A stretch of DNA of 64,000 bases, from assembly GCA_000002445.1 (NCBI GenBank), contig CP000067.1:448001-512000 (forward strand). Direction: 5' to 3'. A program made the position numbers and the translations under genes. Below the pieces are notes generated by a model. The model made no database searches. It had not been told where the DNA came from and saw only the letters and a program-made list of their open reading frames with translations. Below, piece after piece: positions 45,754 to 56,607 of this stretch (positions are counted from its first letter, which is position 1; each line of letters begins with the position of its first letter). This DNA is from Trypanosoma brucei (taxonomy: Eukaryota).

Positions 45754-47586
45754 CTACACAGACCATGTATCCACCACATACCTTCCTTGTTTCCTCAGTT
45801 GCTTCATGTACTCCTGACTCTTCGCTTCATCTCCTTCACAACAGCACTGTGTGACGACATCTTCGAGTGTCGTGGCAACATCTTTGGGCATTTGTTTCGA
45901 ATTACCACACACATAGATGGTTGCTCCTGCATCCAGCAACTTCGCGACCCGTCTGGCGTGACGACCAATTTGATGTTGAACGTAGAACTTTTTCTCTCCA
46001 TCCCTAGAAAATGCGGGAAGAACTTGCAGCTGCTTCAGGTGGTCGCGCTTTAAGTCGGCCCACTCCTGCTGATACAGATAGTCCTTCGTCTCGTTCCGGC
46101 ATCCGAAGAAAAGAAGGATGGGGACCTCACCCCAAATGTCAGAGTGCCCAGCACATTCGCGAATTAAGGACCGTATAGGCGCCACACCAGTCCCAGTTCC
46201 AACACACAGCAGCGGGGCCGGTGTGGAGGGCGTAATCATCGTGCCATCCCAAAGGAAGCAAGTGAAGACATCGCCGGGCTTCGCTGAGGTAAGACGGGAG
46301 CTGCATAATCCCCTGCGAGTTCGTTTGTAAGGTGTTTGCCACTCCACAAGTGCGACAGTGAGGTGGAAAGTGTCGCAGTCAACATACGGTGAGGAGGAAA
46401 TGGAAAAAAGGCGGGCACGCATGGGCGGCATGAAACTAAGCAACAATGCTAGCGGCGGTCGCACAGCTCGGAAGTCATCCAGAACTTCCGCAACATTCCT
46501 TTTTTCCCGCTGGCAGTACCACATAAAATCATCCAAGTTATCCGATGACGAGAGTTCCCACAGTCTTTCCTTGAGTTCAGCATCCTCAGCGTAGTGGGCC
46601 ATCATTCTGAAAAATGAACGACTCACCACCGCTTCCAGGTCCACGTAATGCTTCAAAAAGAACCGAAGCGTCATTGGTCGATTAAAAAACGGTTGCTCCT
46701 GTTGTTGGATAATACCCTGTGAGTTGTTGGGTTTTATACAAACCACCTTGTCCCCGTCCTCATTAACTTGGGTCAGTACCCTATCGATGATAGCATCCTC
46801 ATTAGTACAGTACACTCCCAGTGCGTCTCCAACTTCAAAAGCAAGAGGAGTGTCGTATGGTAGCAAGCTTCCCTCAGCGGGCGTAGTTTCACGCGAGAAA
46901 GCAATATGATGCACCGCCTGTAAATGATCTTCCGCTGTAAGCCGTTTGTTCTGAACTAACCTGCAGTTAAACACTGGTTCCCGTCTACGAACTGCCACAT
47001 CCACGCCCCCTTGTGGCGCGGACTCATCATTACAAGGAACCACCTCGTACTTGCATAGAAGAGGTGCGTCGGAAGGATTTTCCTCTTTGAGATGACTGTC
47101 ATCTTCACTTACCAAACCTAGAGCGCGCCACAGTTCCAGCACCCATGGCAGGAAAACTTCATCATAGCCCTTCCTGTCACTCTCATCCCCAAGACCGCGA
47201 TTTAAAAGCGGAGTGCCTCCGAGTTGCCGAAGCCTGTTGTGAAGCATTTTCGCCATGTAATTGAACTTTGGATAAATTGAGTCCCCGGTTCCAAATACAG
47301 CGAAGCGCAATCCGTCCATGGATGGAGCTGTGGAATGCAGTAGCTGTGCCCACGAAATTCTAATAGAATCCGGAGCTTCGCCCTGATTGGCATTTGAACA
47401 TATAATAACCAGCGGTGTGGCATCACGCCACTTATCGAGCGGGAATTCGTCGGCAGGAAGACAAACACAGCGTTTGAACCCACGTTTTATGGCCAGAGAA
47501 GCAAACGTGAAGGCCAACTGCTCTGCAGAACCCGTTTGAGTGCCGTAGAGAATGGTTATAGTTCCAATCCCTTCATTTTCCTCCAT
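45754..47586 (-). CDS. NADPH-dependent diflavin oxidoreductase (flavodoxin-like FMN domain plus FAD/NADPH domain; Tah18/NDOR1- or CPR-like)
   Basis: 610 aa. The N-terminal flavodoxin signature is ITILYGTQTGSAEQLA. The C-terminal half has the FAD/NADPH-binding ferredoxin-reductase fold (RLFSISSSP, GTGVAPIRS, CGNSKQMPKDV) with a terminal Trp (..DTWSV). ATG confirmed (CAT 47584-47586). Confidence 0.8.
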   Translation of the reverse strand: MEENEGIGTITILYGTQTGSAEQLAFTFASLAIKRGFKRCVCLPADEFPLDKWRDATPLVIICSNANQGEAPDSIRISWAQLLHSTAPSMDGLRFAVFGTGDSIYPKFNYMAKMLHNRLRQLGGTPLLNRGLGDESDRKGYDEVFLPWVLELWRALGLVSEDDSHLKEENPSDAPLLCKYEVVPCNDESAPQGGVDVAVRRREPVFNCRLVQNKRLTAEDHLQAVHHIAFSRETTPAEGSLLPYDTPLAFEVGDALGVYCTNEDAIIDRVLTQVNEDGDKVVCIKPNNSQGIIQQQEQPFFNRPMTLRFFLKHYVDLEAVVSRSFFRMMAHYAEDAELKERLWELSSSDNLDDFMWYCQREKRNVAEVLDDFRAVRPPLALLLSFMPPMRARLFSISSSPYVDCDTFHLTVALVEWQTPYKRTRRGLCSSRLTSAKPGDVFTCFLWDGTMITPSTPAPLLCVGTGTGVAPIRSLIRECAGHSDIWGEVPILLFFGCRNETKDYLYQQEWADLKRDHLKQLQVLPAFSRDGEKKFYVQHQIGRHARRVAKLLDAGATIYVCGNSKQMPKDVATTLEDVVTQCCCEGDEAKSQEYMKQLRKQGRYVVDTWSV

Positions 47587-47943
47587 GACCCACGGTTATT
47601 TCTTTGCCACCTCAAACTGCTGTCTGTCGGGAGCGGAACAGACGACGAAAAAAATAATAGTATGAACAGTGAACATCAAAGGGAAATTGCCAAAAAAAGA
47701 CATCAGCAAAAGAAGTGACGATACTCACAATGTTGACATAATGTAACGACTAAAATGCTCCCCTTCCCCCAACCATCCAGCAAAACACACACACACACAC
47801 ATACACACACAATAAATATATATATATATATATTAAAAAAATAATAAAATAGCGACCGACAAAAGTAAAAATAAACGATGTCATTTTTATCGGCAGGCCA
47901 TTGAGTTATTATAACTTTCTCCGGAAACTTTCCCTCGGAGCAT

Positions 47944-49068
47944 TTAAGCCTCCTCCCCTGAGGCCGTAGCATTTGCGCAGTAAACGTAAAACACCTCTTC
48001 AGGTTCACACGCACTGGAGGGATCCCGAGACCTGATCTCTCCGACTTCCCTCCCGACAGCTTTACTCCCAGCGCCATTTCGCATGCTTTCCACGTGAGGC
48101 AGTGAAATCACAGGCTTACCGCATTGATGGGGTGTGCACGAATCCCCCTTTCCGCCTTTCGCTGTATCATGTTGCTCTCCACCGTGTTGGCCAGTGATGC
48201 AAACCGATTGGTTAAGAGACGAGTTCCGCCTTTCTTGCCTCATCGCTGCTGCAGAACTGCCGCCGTTATCCGGCTCCTTCACCAACGAACTGCTGCCAGC
48301 ATTATCAGCAAGGTGAGGCGAATCGGCTGACACCTTCTGCCCCCGAGCCCTCTCGTGGTGTTGCTGCGGCTTTTCCCCACTTTCATCATTATTATCACTA
48401 TTATTTGCCTCCTCCTCTGGAGAGTCGCCTCCCATACTGTCACACGCATTCTTTAATGCAACCGTGGAGGTAGCAGTATTACTCCGATTTTGTTCTTGCG
48501 GAATCTTGGGGCTGAGGGTTGCATCACCCTCCCTGAGAGTCTGTCTTCCTGTCTCAAACGTCTCTTGCGTAATCAGCCGTTGTCGAGCCTCTTGGGCCAT
48601 CTTCAGCGCCTCCTTTCGTGCCTTCACGTGGTCCATATACCGACGGTAGGCTTGCAGCTTCAAAAGAGAGGAACCACCTGTTATACCAGCTTCTATGCAG
48701 GCGAGAAGAGCGTCACGCATTGGGACATCAACGGCAAATTTTTGGCTAACCAACTCGGGGTTGCCCTGGAGGTACTCAAAGTGTTGTCGGAGGGACACTG
48801 GTGCCAAAACAACAGACGAGTCAACATTGCAAAGTTTACACGCATGAAGCGACCGCGGCGAGTTCAGTTGTGGAGGGCCAGTGTCGTTGCCTGCGGAATG
48901 CGGTGATGAATGGGTGGCGCTACAACAGTTACGCTCCCATTCATCCTGGTAGCTCTCTAAATTTTCAAGGCTAATGAAGCCATCCATCACCACCGTATCG
49001 GGTGGCCCTTCAAAGAACAGAGGAAACGGGAGAGGAATCAAGTGGAAGAAACAACAGCAACGCCACAT
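47944..49068 (-). CDS. Hypothetical protein (374 aa)
   Basis: ATG-initiated (CAT 49066-49068). The first 27 codons are hydrophobic low-complexity, so the true start may be the internal MDGFISLENLE (~48987). The rest is a globular N-region followed by a Ser/acidic-rich tail. No domain recognised. Confidence 0.5.
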   Translation of the reverse strand: MWRCCCFFHLIPLPFPLFFEGPPDTVVMDGFISLENLESYQDEWERNCCSATHSSPHSAGNDTGPPQLNSPRSLHACKLCNVDSSVVLAPVSLRQHFEYLQGNPELVSQKFAVDVPMRDALLACIEAGITGGSSLLKLQAYRRYMDHVKARKEALKMAQEARQRLITQETFETGRQTLREGDATLSPKIPQEQNRSNTATSTVALKNACDSMGGDSPEEEANNSDNNDESGEKPQQHHERARGQKVSADSPHLADNAGSSSLVKEPDNGGSSAAAMRQERRNSSLNQSVCITGQHGGEQHDTAKGGKGDSCTPHQCGKPVISLPHVESMRNGAGSKAVGREVGEIRSRDPSSACEPEEVFYVYCANATASGEEA

Positions 49069-49346
49069 AAAGTGGAAAGTGGGTCGAAATATTAATCATT
49101 CAGTGGCAACGCGGGAGGTGCCATTTAAGTTAAAGGAGTAGTGTAAAACAGAAGGAAAAGGATATAAAAAAAATGGAAAGGAGCACACCGGAGGCCTCCT
49201 CCCGTACCAACTCAAAAAGAGGCGATAAACAAACTTCAAACCGTCACGCACATCGGAATATGCAACTGCCGCGTCCACTCCCTCTCCGGCCCTATACCCA
49301 AACTTTACTACGGCGGTAACACCCAATTTTTGGACTCGGCGCCGTT

Positions 49347-51032
49347 TCACAGTGAAATGTTGGAAAGCATTGAAAGTATCATTCCATAGGCTTCACGTGT
49401 TATCTGTACAAAGGTGCTATCCTGCACCACGCGGCAGCTAAACGTTGGAACAAATCTCTCGTCTGTCAGCGCTCTTGTGGCGATAACAGACCAGCAAGAC
49501 TGCTCGAATCTTATTTCCTCCCCACCAGCAAATATCTCCACTTTACCCGATAGCACCAGCGTGAACACATCGGAGGGGACACCAGCGCGGTACAACCAAA
49601 TATTTGCTTTATCATCCTTACTAAGGCCACGTGCGTCGTGTGGTGCACGGGTCTTGTAAAAAGCTGCATACATTTCAACGGCCCGAAGCAAATGGGCGCA
49701 CTCACCCTGTGAGCAGTCGTGGAATTCAGGCAATGACCTAGACAAAAACAAAGCGACTGCCTTCAACTGGTTCTTGCCCATGTGCACTCGTCGTGAGCAT
49801 CTTGACGACAAACCAACTTGTCTTCTTTGAGTATATGACGAATTACCCACCAACCTCTTGGGGACAGTATCATATTCATCAAATATTTCGCTGTGAATAA
49901 GTTCCTCAATAACATCTTCCAAGGTCACAAGTCCTTTTATCTCGTAGTAGGGATCCCCACACGGTCGTTGTTGTACCTCCTGCACGACGGCAATATGAGA
50001 CCTTCCAGTTTGGAAACATTCCAACATAGAGCTAAGCTTTGTTTCGGAATGAACGATATGGCAGCTTCTGTTGTAAAACTTTACTAACACAAGCACAGGT
50101 GTCTCTTCTTCGGGGTTGACCATCAAGAGGTCTCTTGTGAATAGCGCGCCAACGATGTTATTCCTATTCCCCTGGTATACAGGAATGCGGCTGTGGCCCC
50201 TTTCACAGATAAGCTGAATGGTTTCTTCATTCAGAGGTTGACTGGCCTCCAGCATGAACGTCTCCCATATGGGTGTAAGGACATCCATCACAGTTTTCTC
50301 ATGTAGTTCCATAGCGCCCACCATGAGATCCGCCTCCCGCTCGCCAAGGCCGGATTCGGCACCACGCGCAGCGTGCATAAACATCAGTTTCTTTAACTCG
50401 TTTCGCTCATATATCTGCCCAGGGTCCATACCAATAAAACGGTCCAGAACCATACTGAGGGGCTTACAGACTGGGTAGAACAGTAACACGAAGAATTTTA
50501 CAAGGTACACACTTTTTGCTCCCACACGCAGTGCATGCGCTGACATTATGGCCTGCGGCAACACCTCGCCGCCGATGGTGGTGAGCGCCGTCGCAACTAC
50601 CGTGGCTCCCCATCCTGACAAATGAGAATCTGTTATTTGCGCAATGAGTGTGTTGACCATCACGTTTCCTAACAGTAGTGTACAGAGAAGCTGGTTTCCG
50701 AGGCGACGGATTGGTAAGATTTTCGCGGCGTGGCCTTTGTCCGGCTCTGGGCCGCTGTCCGCAATTATCTCCAACGAGAGAGTGTCAAGTCCCATGATCG
50801 CCAGTGTCAATCCAGCAAATATGGCGGCAAAGCAGAGTAGTATACTGTCGGCGACGATGAGAAACCACCAACTTGCCTCTACTTCGCTCGCTACTCCAGC
50901 GGCTGCAGCCGTTGGTGTTGGTACCGACGGAAGGGTATGATTATTCACTGAATCATTGAGCGCCACTGCACCAATGACAGCCGTTGCGGTCAGCTTAGCG
51001 TATGTCCACCAGGTTCCGTGGTGCCCACCCAT
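49347..51032 (-). CDS. CNNM/DUF21-CBS domain membrane protein (putative Mg2+/metal transporter family)
   Basis: N-terminal multi-TM DUF21 region (..LLCFAAIFAGLTLAIMGLD..), then a CBS pair (..TVMDVLTPIWETFML.., ..GHSRIPVY.., IKGLVTLEDVIEELI), then a C-terminal cNMP-binding-homology-like region. ATG confirmed (CAT 51030-51032). Confidence 0.8.
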   Translation of the reverse strand: MGGHHGTWWTYAKLTATAVIGAVALNDSVNNHTLPSVPTPTAAAAGVASEVEASWWFLIVADSILLCFAAIFAGLTLAIMGLDTLSLEIIADSGPEPDKGHAAKILPIRRLGNQLLCTLLLGNVMVNTLIAQITDSHLSGWGATVVATALTTIGGEVLPQAIMSAHALRVGAKSVYLVKFFVLLFYPVCKPLSMVLDRFIGMDPGQIYERNELKKLMFMHAARGAESGLGEREADLMVGAMELHEKTVMDVLTPIWETFMLEASQPLNEETIQLICERGHSRIPVYQGNRNNIVGALFTRDLLMVNPEEETPVLVLVKFYNRSCHIVHSETKLSSMLECFQTGRSHIAVVQEVQQRPCGDPYYEIKGLVTLEDVIEELIHSEIFDEYDTVPKRLVGNSSYTQRRQVGLSSRCSRRVHMGKNQLKAVALFLSRSLPEFHDCSQGECAHLLRAVEMYAAFYKTRAPHDARGLSKDDKANIWLYRAGVPSDVFTLVLSGKVEIFAGGEEIRFEQSCWSVIATRALTDERFVPTFSCRVVQDSTFVQITREAYGMILSMLSNISL

Positions 51033-51916
51033 CTTTTGGTGGTATCACTTCTTCCCCTCCTATAAATACCACGGCCTTTCCTTGTTGTTTTGCTTCCGGG
51101 TATCACCTTGCACTGCTGCAGTGCCCCTTTCCAACCTTTAAGGTAAAGCAAGCAAGTCTGTGAGCGTCACAGCGGAAGAAAAACATTGGTGTTGCGACCA
51201 AAGAACAGGTAATAGACGTGATTAAAGGAAGGCAAACAGTAACAAAGAACAGAAGCCCGCTGGGGGGGGGAATTTCTTTTTTCCCCCATTCTTTTCATAA
51301 TCTCCTGCTTCCCAAAGCATGAGTATCGGTCCTATGACTTTCAGGGTCCACTGCTTAACCGGTGCCTACCCACATTGATTTTTTTACCCAAACCAAAAAT
51401 GTAACAACACATTACGATGAGGAAATCCCACCCGAGGTTTCTAATGATGTGCGGTAAAAGAATACCATATTTCACTTCACGAAAAAAGCGTATATATATA
51501 TGTGTGCGTGCGCATTTATATACCTACGGTTTCCCCAAATGTTCGCGCGTGCACATCCACATGCGAAGGAGAAAGAAAGAATGTGGAAAAATCCAACATA
51601 GTAAGCGATAAACATGGTCTGACATTCGCTAGCGTTAAGGCGCATATGGTCAGGGTCCGTTTTGTGGCAAAACGAAAAAGAAAAAAGAACGACAAAAAGA
51701 CATTAGCAATAGAGTATAATGTGATGAAGTTGTAAAATCAAATGTGGAGAAAAACCATCTCTTAAAAACGACACTCTTTTGAGAGGTAGGGATGGGGCTA
51801 TCAAGTGGACCACACACCTTCTCCTACTAGAGAGTTGCTTTTTTTTTTTACGGAAAAAGAAATTTGCGGCTCCATCCCTCGTAGAACTACTGCAGCATCT
51901 CCATTCCAATTACCGC

Positions 51917-54475
51917 TTACTCACTTATGAGCCGATCGCTGCTACAAGCCGGCAGCCGCCGTTTATTGGTTTTTGAGGATGAAGTGGCGCACAACACCTC
52001 CTGCGTGAGCCGCTCAATCAATGCGCCTTCGCTCGCGATCCCCTCCGTGTGTTCGTCACTTTTATCAATGTGCCAGTTAGTCGGATCCCTTTGCTCTGGT
52101 AGCAGCGACCGCGTAGAGGCACCATGAATAGTCTTCACTGATTGCTCCGCCTTGGTGGTGGTGGTACCGCGGACATTCGTTCTGGAAAAAGAAGGTGGTA
52201 ATGTCCACCTCACATTTCTGCTTGTCATGTGATGCCCCTTCAAGTTTGGCAGGGGGAGCACGAAGACCGTCGATCTCTCGCTTTGTTCGTTTCCCCTGCT
52301 GCAATTCATATGGTTCGAGCTACGGTGCGACGGTGGAATGTTACTTCCCTTGTCTGTTGCTCCGGCACCGCTGCAATCAAATAGAAAATTGTAAGCCTCC
52401 TCCATATTATCTTGTTCCCCTTCGCTACGTTTTGTCACCTCGCTGTCACCAGATCCTACATTCTGTTTACAACACTTGCTAAGTTCACCCTGGACATCAT
52501 GCTCCACATCCATATCCTCTTCATCCCTCTCAACGGTAGATGTTGGCTGATCAAGTAGCAGCTCTCTGATATACTCCCCATCATCCTCTTCGCTTCGATT
52601 TTTCCCGACTGTACGTGCAATTTCAGTGCTCGAGGCAGCGCGCGAAAGGAAATCATCAAACTTATCAACGAAACACACCTCTGGGCCATATACCACCAAA
52701 AACTCCTGTAGCAGAGCTTCACACGAGTGTTTGGTACACGTCCCATGGGGTTCCATACCATAACGCTTTAGCCGTAGTTGCAGGTTGCGCATCACCAGTG
52801 CATTACTTCCTTCAACTGCGTCACGCAGTAATTGTTGGAGTAGCGCCCTGTCGAATTCATGGCCGTCAGCCAGGTGCAGCGCGATAAGGCGGGAGGCGCA
52901 GACCGCGGCCAGTAGTGCAGGTCGGACATGTGGCAATGCAACACCACCATGACATGTGATAAGACGGTTAGAAAGCAGTGAGTATTGTCCGGGCCTCTCT
53001 GTTTCAGTTGTGGGAATACCAACAAACAATGCCAACTGATGAAAAGTACAAACACACTGAAAATCTGTCTTCAAGTGCGCGTAGAGAAGGGGAAGCCCGT
53101 CTAGAACATTTCCATACACCCCTTGGTTGCCCGTACAGACAGTTGGGGCTGCATGAATTAGCTTCACGATGTTTGGGGATGCAAGGAGTGTGACGATCTC
53201 CGCGGGGAAACCGCAACAAGGTGCACCCGCTGTGGATAGACGACAAAGCAGTGAAATGGTGCTGTCAAAAACGATTACAGCACCCTGAGCAGTGGCAATT
53301 TCCAGAGAGAATCTATCTTTATCCGGTTGCTGTACACAGTAAAGTCCTGTGACTGTTGCGCTACAGATGGCCTGCAGCACCACCTCGTCACCGCAGCGCG
53401 GCGCATACGGCAGATCAACGCGCAAATAATACCGATCCAGGCATCCCGCGCCTTCATTTGTGTCTACGCCGTGAGCGGAAATAGATAGGGGATGACCCAC
53501 TGATGTGCACATATACAATACATTCGCTGCACCACGGCTGGTGTGCAGAAACGTTGAATGCAGCATAACGCACCCTTCACTATCGCGATCTATCACAAAC
53601 TGCACGTCGGGGTGGTCAACCAACGCAAGTGCATCAGGGAAACGGATCGCGAACTCATGTGTGATTGCAGAGTGCCGCAGCCCTCCTGGTGTGATGAAGT
53701 TTAATTTGTACACTGCCCGCACCTCACCCACGGAAGCTTTGAACGTTGGTAACAGAAGGGCCAAAATGTTCACGGCGCGGCGAAGCACCTCAGGTTGAGA
53801 CTGCAGGGAATAAAATGAGTTAGCTGTTCTTGTTGACGAAGACGATGCGATGACTTCATTTGAGAGACGAACAACACTATGGTCTTCCGACCACTCGAGA
53901 ACAGGGGGCACCGATCCGCCAACCAGCTCCTTCCGCTCCAGCGTGTGGAGCGTGGCAACAGATAACTGCCCGAGGCGTGTTTGTTCCTTCAACAGCGCAT
54001 ACGATACGAAGTAAGTGGGAACAACACCACTTAATTCGGAAATCACGCCATCTCCGCATTGCTCACGCGTACGTTCTTGCTCGTTACGCCACCCATCAGA
54101 TACCCAAGGCTGCCAACGCACAAGCGGCCCCTCATCTCCATCTTCACCAAGTGTTGTCGAGCTTAAGGAAAGGAACAGTGGCACAAGAGGCATAAGAGCG
54201 CTCTTAAACGCCTCAAACGACATGTCTGATGGCACCGTTTCCATCGATATCGCCCTTCGCCACACAGTTCTCACGGGAAGTGGTTGAGCGGGAATGACAC
54301 GAAGCAAATGTCGGGGTGTTAGGTGAGGACACACGGTAGGGTGGATCGCTGATATGTACTGGTTAAGCGCTTCATCCAATTCAGCGGCTGACGCCCCAGA
54401 TGGCGATAACATTTTTCTCACTTTGCGCAACGCCCCAGCCGGCAGGTGTTGCCATAGCTTCATATGGTTCCTCAT
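51917..54475 (-). CDS. Hypothetical protein (~850 aa), kinetoplastid-type, no recognised domain
   Basis: The long ORF starts at a GTG in the track (54592) inside an AT-rich low-complexity leader. The first plausible ATG (MRNHMKLWQHL) is at ~54475 by frame arithmetic (another ATG lies 12 nt downstream), preceded on the coding strand by a CT-rich tract plus AG. My base-level indexing is uncertain by about 10 nt in 54530-54750. Confidence 0.5.
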   Translation of the reverse strand: MRNHMKLWQHLPAGALRKVRKMLSPSGASAAELDEALNQYISAIHPTVCPHLTPRHLLRVIPAQPLPVRTVWRRAISMETVPSDMSFEAFKSALMPLVPLFLSLSSTTLGEDGDEGPLVRWQPWVSDGWRNEQERTREQCGDGVISELSGVVPTYFVSYALLKEQTRLGQLSVATLHTLERKELVGGSVPPVLEWSEDHSVVRLSNEVIASSSSTRTANSFYSLQSQPEVLRRAVNILALLLPTFKASVGEVRAVYKLNFITPGGLRHSAITHEFAIRFPDALALVDHPDVQFVIDRDSEGCVMLHSTFLHTSRGAANVLYMCTSVGHPLSISAHGVDTNEGAGCLDRYYLRVDLPYAPRCGDEVVLQAICSATVTGLYCVQQPDKDRFSLEIATAQGAVIVFDSTISLLCRLSTAGAPCCGFPAEIVTLLASPNIVKLIHAAPTVCTGNQGVYGNVLDGLPLLYAHLKTDFQCVCTFHQLALFVGIPTTETERPGQYSLLSNRLITCHGGVALPHVRPALLAAVCASRLIALHLADGHEFDRALLQQLLRDAVEGSNALVMRNLQLRLKRYGMEPHGTCTKHSCEALLQEFLVVYGPEVCFVDKFDDFLSRAASSTEIARTVGKNRSEEDDGEYIRELLLDQPTSTVERDEEDMDVEHDVQGELSKCCKQNVGSGDSEVTKRSEGEQDNMEEAYNFLFDCSGAGATDKGSNIPPSHRSSNHMNCSRGNEQSERSTVFVLPLPNLKGHHMTSRNVRWTLPPSFSRTNVRGTTTTKAEQSVKTIHGASTRSLLPEQRDPTNWHIDKSDEHTEGIASEGALIERLTQEVLCATSSSKTNKRRLPACSSDRLISE

Positions 54476-54726
54476 CCGAACAAAAAGGTTGGGGCACAGC
54501 AGAACTTGAAGTGGCGTTGACGCGCACAAAATAATAATAATAATAATGTATATATACATGAATACAGTAGTAGAAGGGATTGTGAGCCACACTCCATCTG
54601 CATCCCACCGTAAATATCTGCCATTGCGTCTTTGTTTTTTTTGGTTGTACGAACAGGAAAAAGGCCACGCGCGTCAAAGGCACCATCGCCCCCCCCCCCC
54701 TCTCGTCTACACCAATATGACTGCTA

Positions 54727-56607
54727 TCACAACCTCCGCAACAGCTCATCCATCTTCGCCACGATTCGTTCCTTCAGTGCCGATCCTGCCTCTAGGTAGA
54801 TGAATGTATTACCGAACCGCCACGAAAGCCAGCAATACATTTCTGCATGACGGTATAAGTCTTCCATCCGCGACAATATACGATGTGCTCGTTCACTGTC
54901 CTTATGAGTTTTTAAGTGCGCACATTGCCCCACGAGTTGTTCAAACTCCTCATCAATACGGAGGCGAACGGGCCCCCCGGTAGCATGATCACGCGCAAAA
55001 CAACGCAGCAGGTCGAATGTGTCCTTGTTGCGTGTATTCACCGGTACGTAGCAGAAAAGGATCCTATCGGTAAGAGACAGACCTGGCACGGCATCCAACT
55101 CCCTTGCAACCTGCAGCAGCGACCGCGACAGGTCACACGGAAAAAACAAATCGGAGGTCTTACACTGACTGGAGAAGTCCTTTACATGACCGTAGAATAC
55201 ATCTTGCGGCACCACACCTGAGGTCTTCAATCTCTTCTTGTCGGAATTCATTGTGACATACAGCTCCAATATGTCGGCTGTGGGCAGTAATCCAGCCCTC
55301 TGCAGAGGGGAAAGTCGAGCGTTAATAGCGCTTTCAAGTGTCGGAAAGTCATCCGCGTGAAGTGTGGTACAGCGGCCGAAAGTGTTGGCCCTGAGTACTC
55401 CAAACCGGCCGGCGCGACCGGCTACCTGCACCGTGGTTGCCTGCGGTAAGCTTGTCATCTGTTTTCCGTCGAATTTTTTCATTGATACGAAAATAATGCG
55501 CTCAATGCTCATGTTCAAGCCATAGGCAATAGCATCCGTGGACACTAAAACATGTTTTTTCGAGTCCTTGCCCTCTACCGCTTCCCGGACCCCACGGTTG
55601 AATGCGTCAGCCTGGGCCTCACGCACGGCAAAGGGCATAGAGCCATATATATAGTGAGCCGCAACGCCAGGCAGCTTTTCCAGCTGTGATTTCATAGCAA
55701 AAATCATCTTGCGCGAGAAGCACACAAGGCAATCACCGTTTTCGACTTGCCGCAGATCTCCCCCTAACGCGGCTGATGTCCTGAGGGGAGCCAGCCGCTG
55801 ATGTGGCACTAAACGAAGTCCCTTGAGCTCACGCGTTTTATACAACAAACTGCGGATAAGAGGTATTGCCCGTTCTTCTCCGCAGAGGTGAATCTCACGT
55901 GCCGGCAACCCCAATATGGCACGCGTCCATGCCCAACCCCTGTCCCCATCACCAATCATCTGCACCTCGTCAATTACCCCAACGTCAATTTGATAGTCAA
56001 TAGGAGTCATTTCCACCGTGCATGAGACGTGCTCCGCTCCACCACCAAATTGCCGCTCGTCCCCGATAAGCAAGTCGCAAGGCACGCTCGCGTTAATACG
56101 CTTCCACACTTGCGCCGCCAGTGCTTTGATCGGCGCACAATAAACACCGCTCTTCGCCTTTACCAATTCCTCCAACGCCGCGTGAGTCTTCCCACTATTT
56201 GTTGGCCCATGATGAAAGATGAAACGCCGGCGCATGAAGCGTGCCTTCGGGTACCAGTCCCACGGTTCACCCATCGTCACCCTCAGTGGCGCCTTCCGCG
56301 CGATGTACCAAACCCCAAACTCCCTGAGAACAATGTTAATCCGTTCAAGATCACCGGGGGCCTGAACAAGTTCACCCAACCATGGTGGTGTGGCACCTGA
56401 ACAGCCCTCCTCTGAGAATTCACCGAGATGCCGCAAAGCGTTCTCCACTGACATATCATGAATGAGCTGCCGCAGTTGCTCCCGGGCGCTGCTGCTGCGG
56501 TAGATATAGTCACATACTGTTTGGATCAGTTTCCCCTCGCCATGGTTTGTGCAGTACGATTTAAAACACAGAAAGAGAACAGGTGCAGTAACTGACAAAC
56601 GGCGCAT
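54727..56607 (-). CDS. SUV3: ATP-dependent RNA helicase SUV3 (mitochondrial degradosome helicase)
   Basis: 626 aa. The N-terminus looks like a mitochondrial presequence (MRRLSVTAPVLFLCF). SUV3 helicase motifs are present: FHHGPTNSGKTH (motif I), DEVQM (DExQ motif II), and ..QVAGRAGR.. ATG confirmed (CAT 56605-56607). Confidence 0.85.
   Translation of the reverse strand: MRRLSVTAPVLFLCFKSYCTNHGEGKLIQTVCDYIYRSSSAREQLRQLIHDMSVENALRHLGEFSEEGCSGATPPWLGELVQAPGDLERINIVLREFGVWYIARKAPLRVTMGEPWDWYPKARFMRRRFIFHHGPTNSGKTHAALEELVKAKSGVYCAPIKALAAQVWKRINASVPCDLLIGDERQFGGGAEHVSCTVEMTPIDYQIDVGVIDEVQMIGDGDRGWAWTRAILGLPAREIHLCGEERAIPLIRSLLYKTRELKGLRLVPHQRLAPLRTSAALGGDLRQVENGDCLVCFSRKMIFAMKSQLEKLPGVAAHYIYGSMPFAVREAQADAFNRGVREAVEGKDSKKHVLVSTDAIAYGLNMSIERIIFVSMKKFDGKQMTSLPQATTVQVAGRAGRFGVLRANTFGRCTTLHADDFPTLESAINARLSPLQRAGLLPTADILELYVTMNSDKKRLKTSGVVPQDVFYGHVKDFSSQCKTSDLFFPCDLSRSLLQVARELDAVPGLSLTDRILFCYVPVNTRNKDTFDLLRCFARDHATGGPVRLRIDEEFEQLVGQCAHLKTHKDSERAHRILSRMEDLYRHAEMYCWLSWRFGNTFIYLEAGSALKERIVAKMDELLRRL

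Noticed and set aside
54381-54749. 122-aa minus-strand ORF bridging the SUV3 stop and the next gene's start.
   Set aside because: It overlaps the 3' end of SUV3 in another frame and runs through the (ATT)n and poly-C spacer. It is a chance frame.
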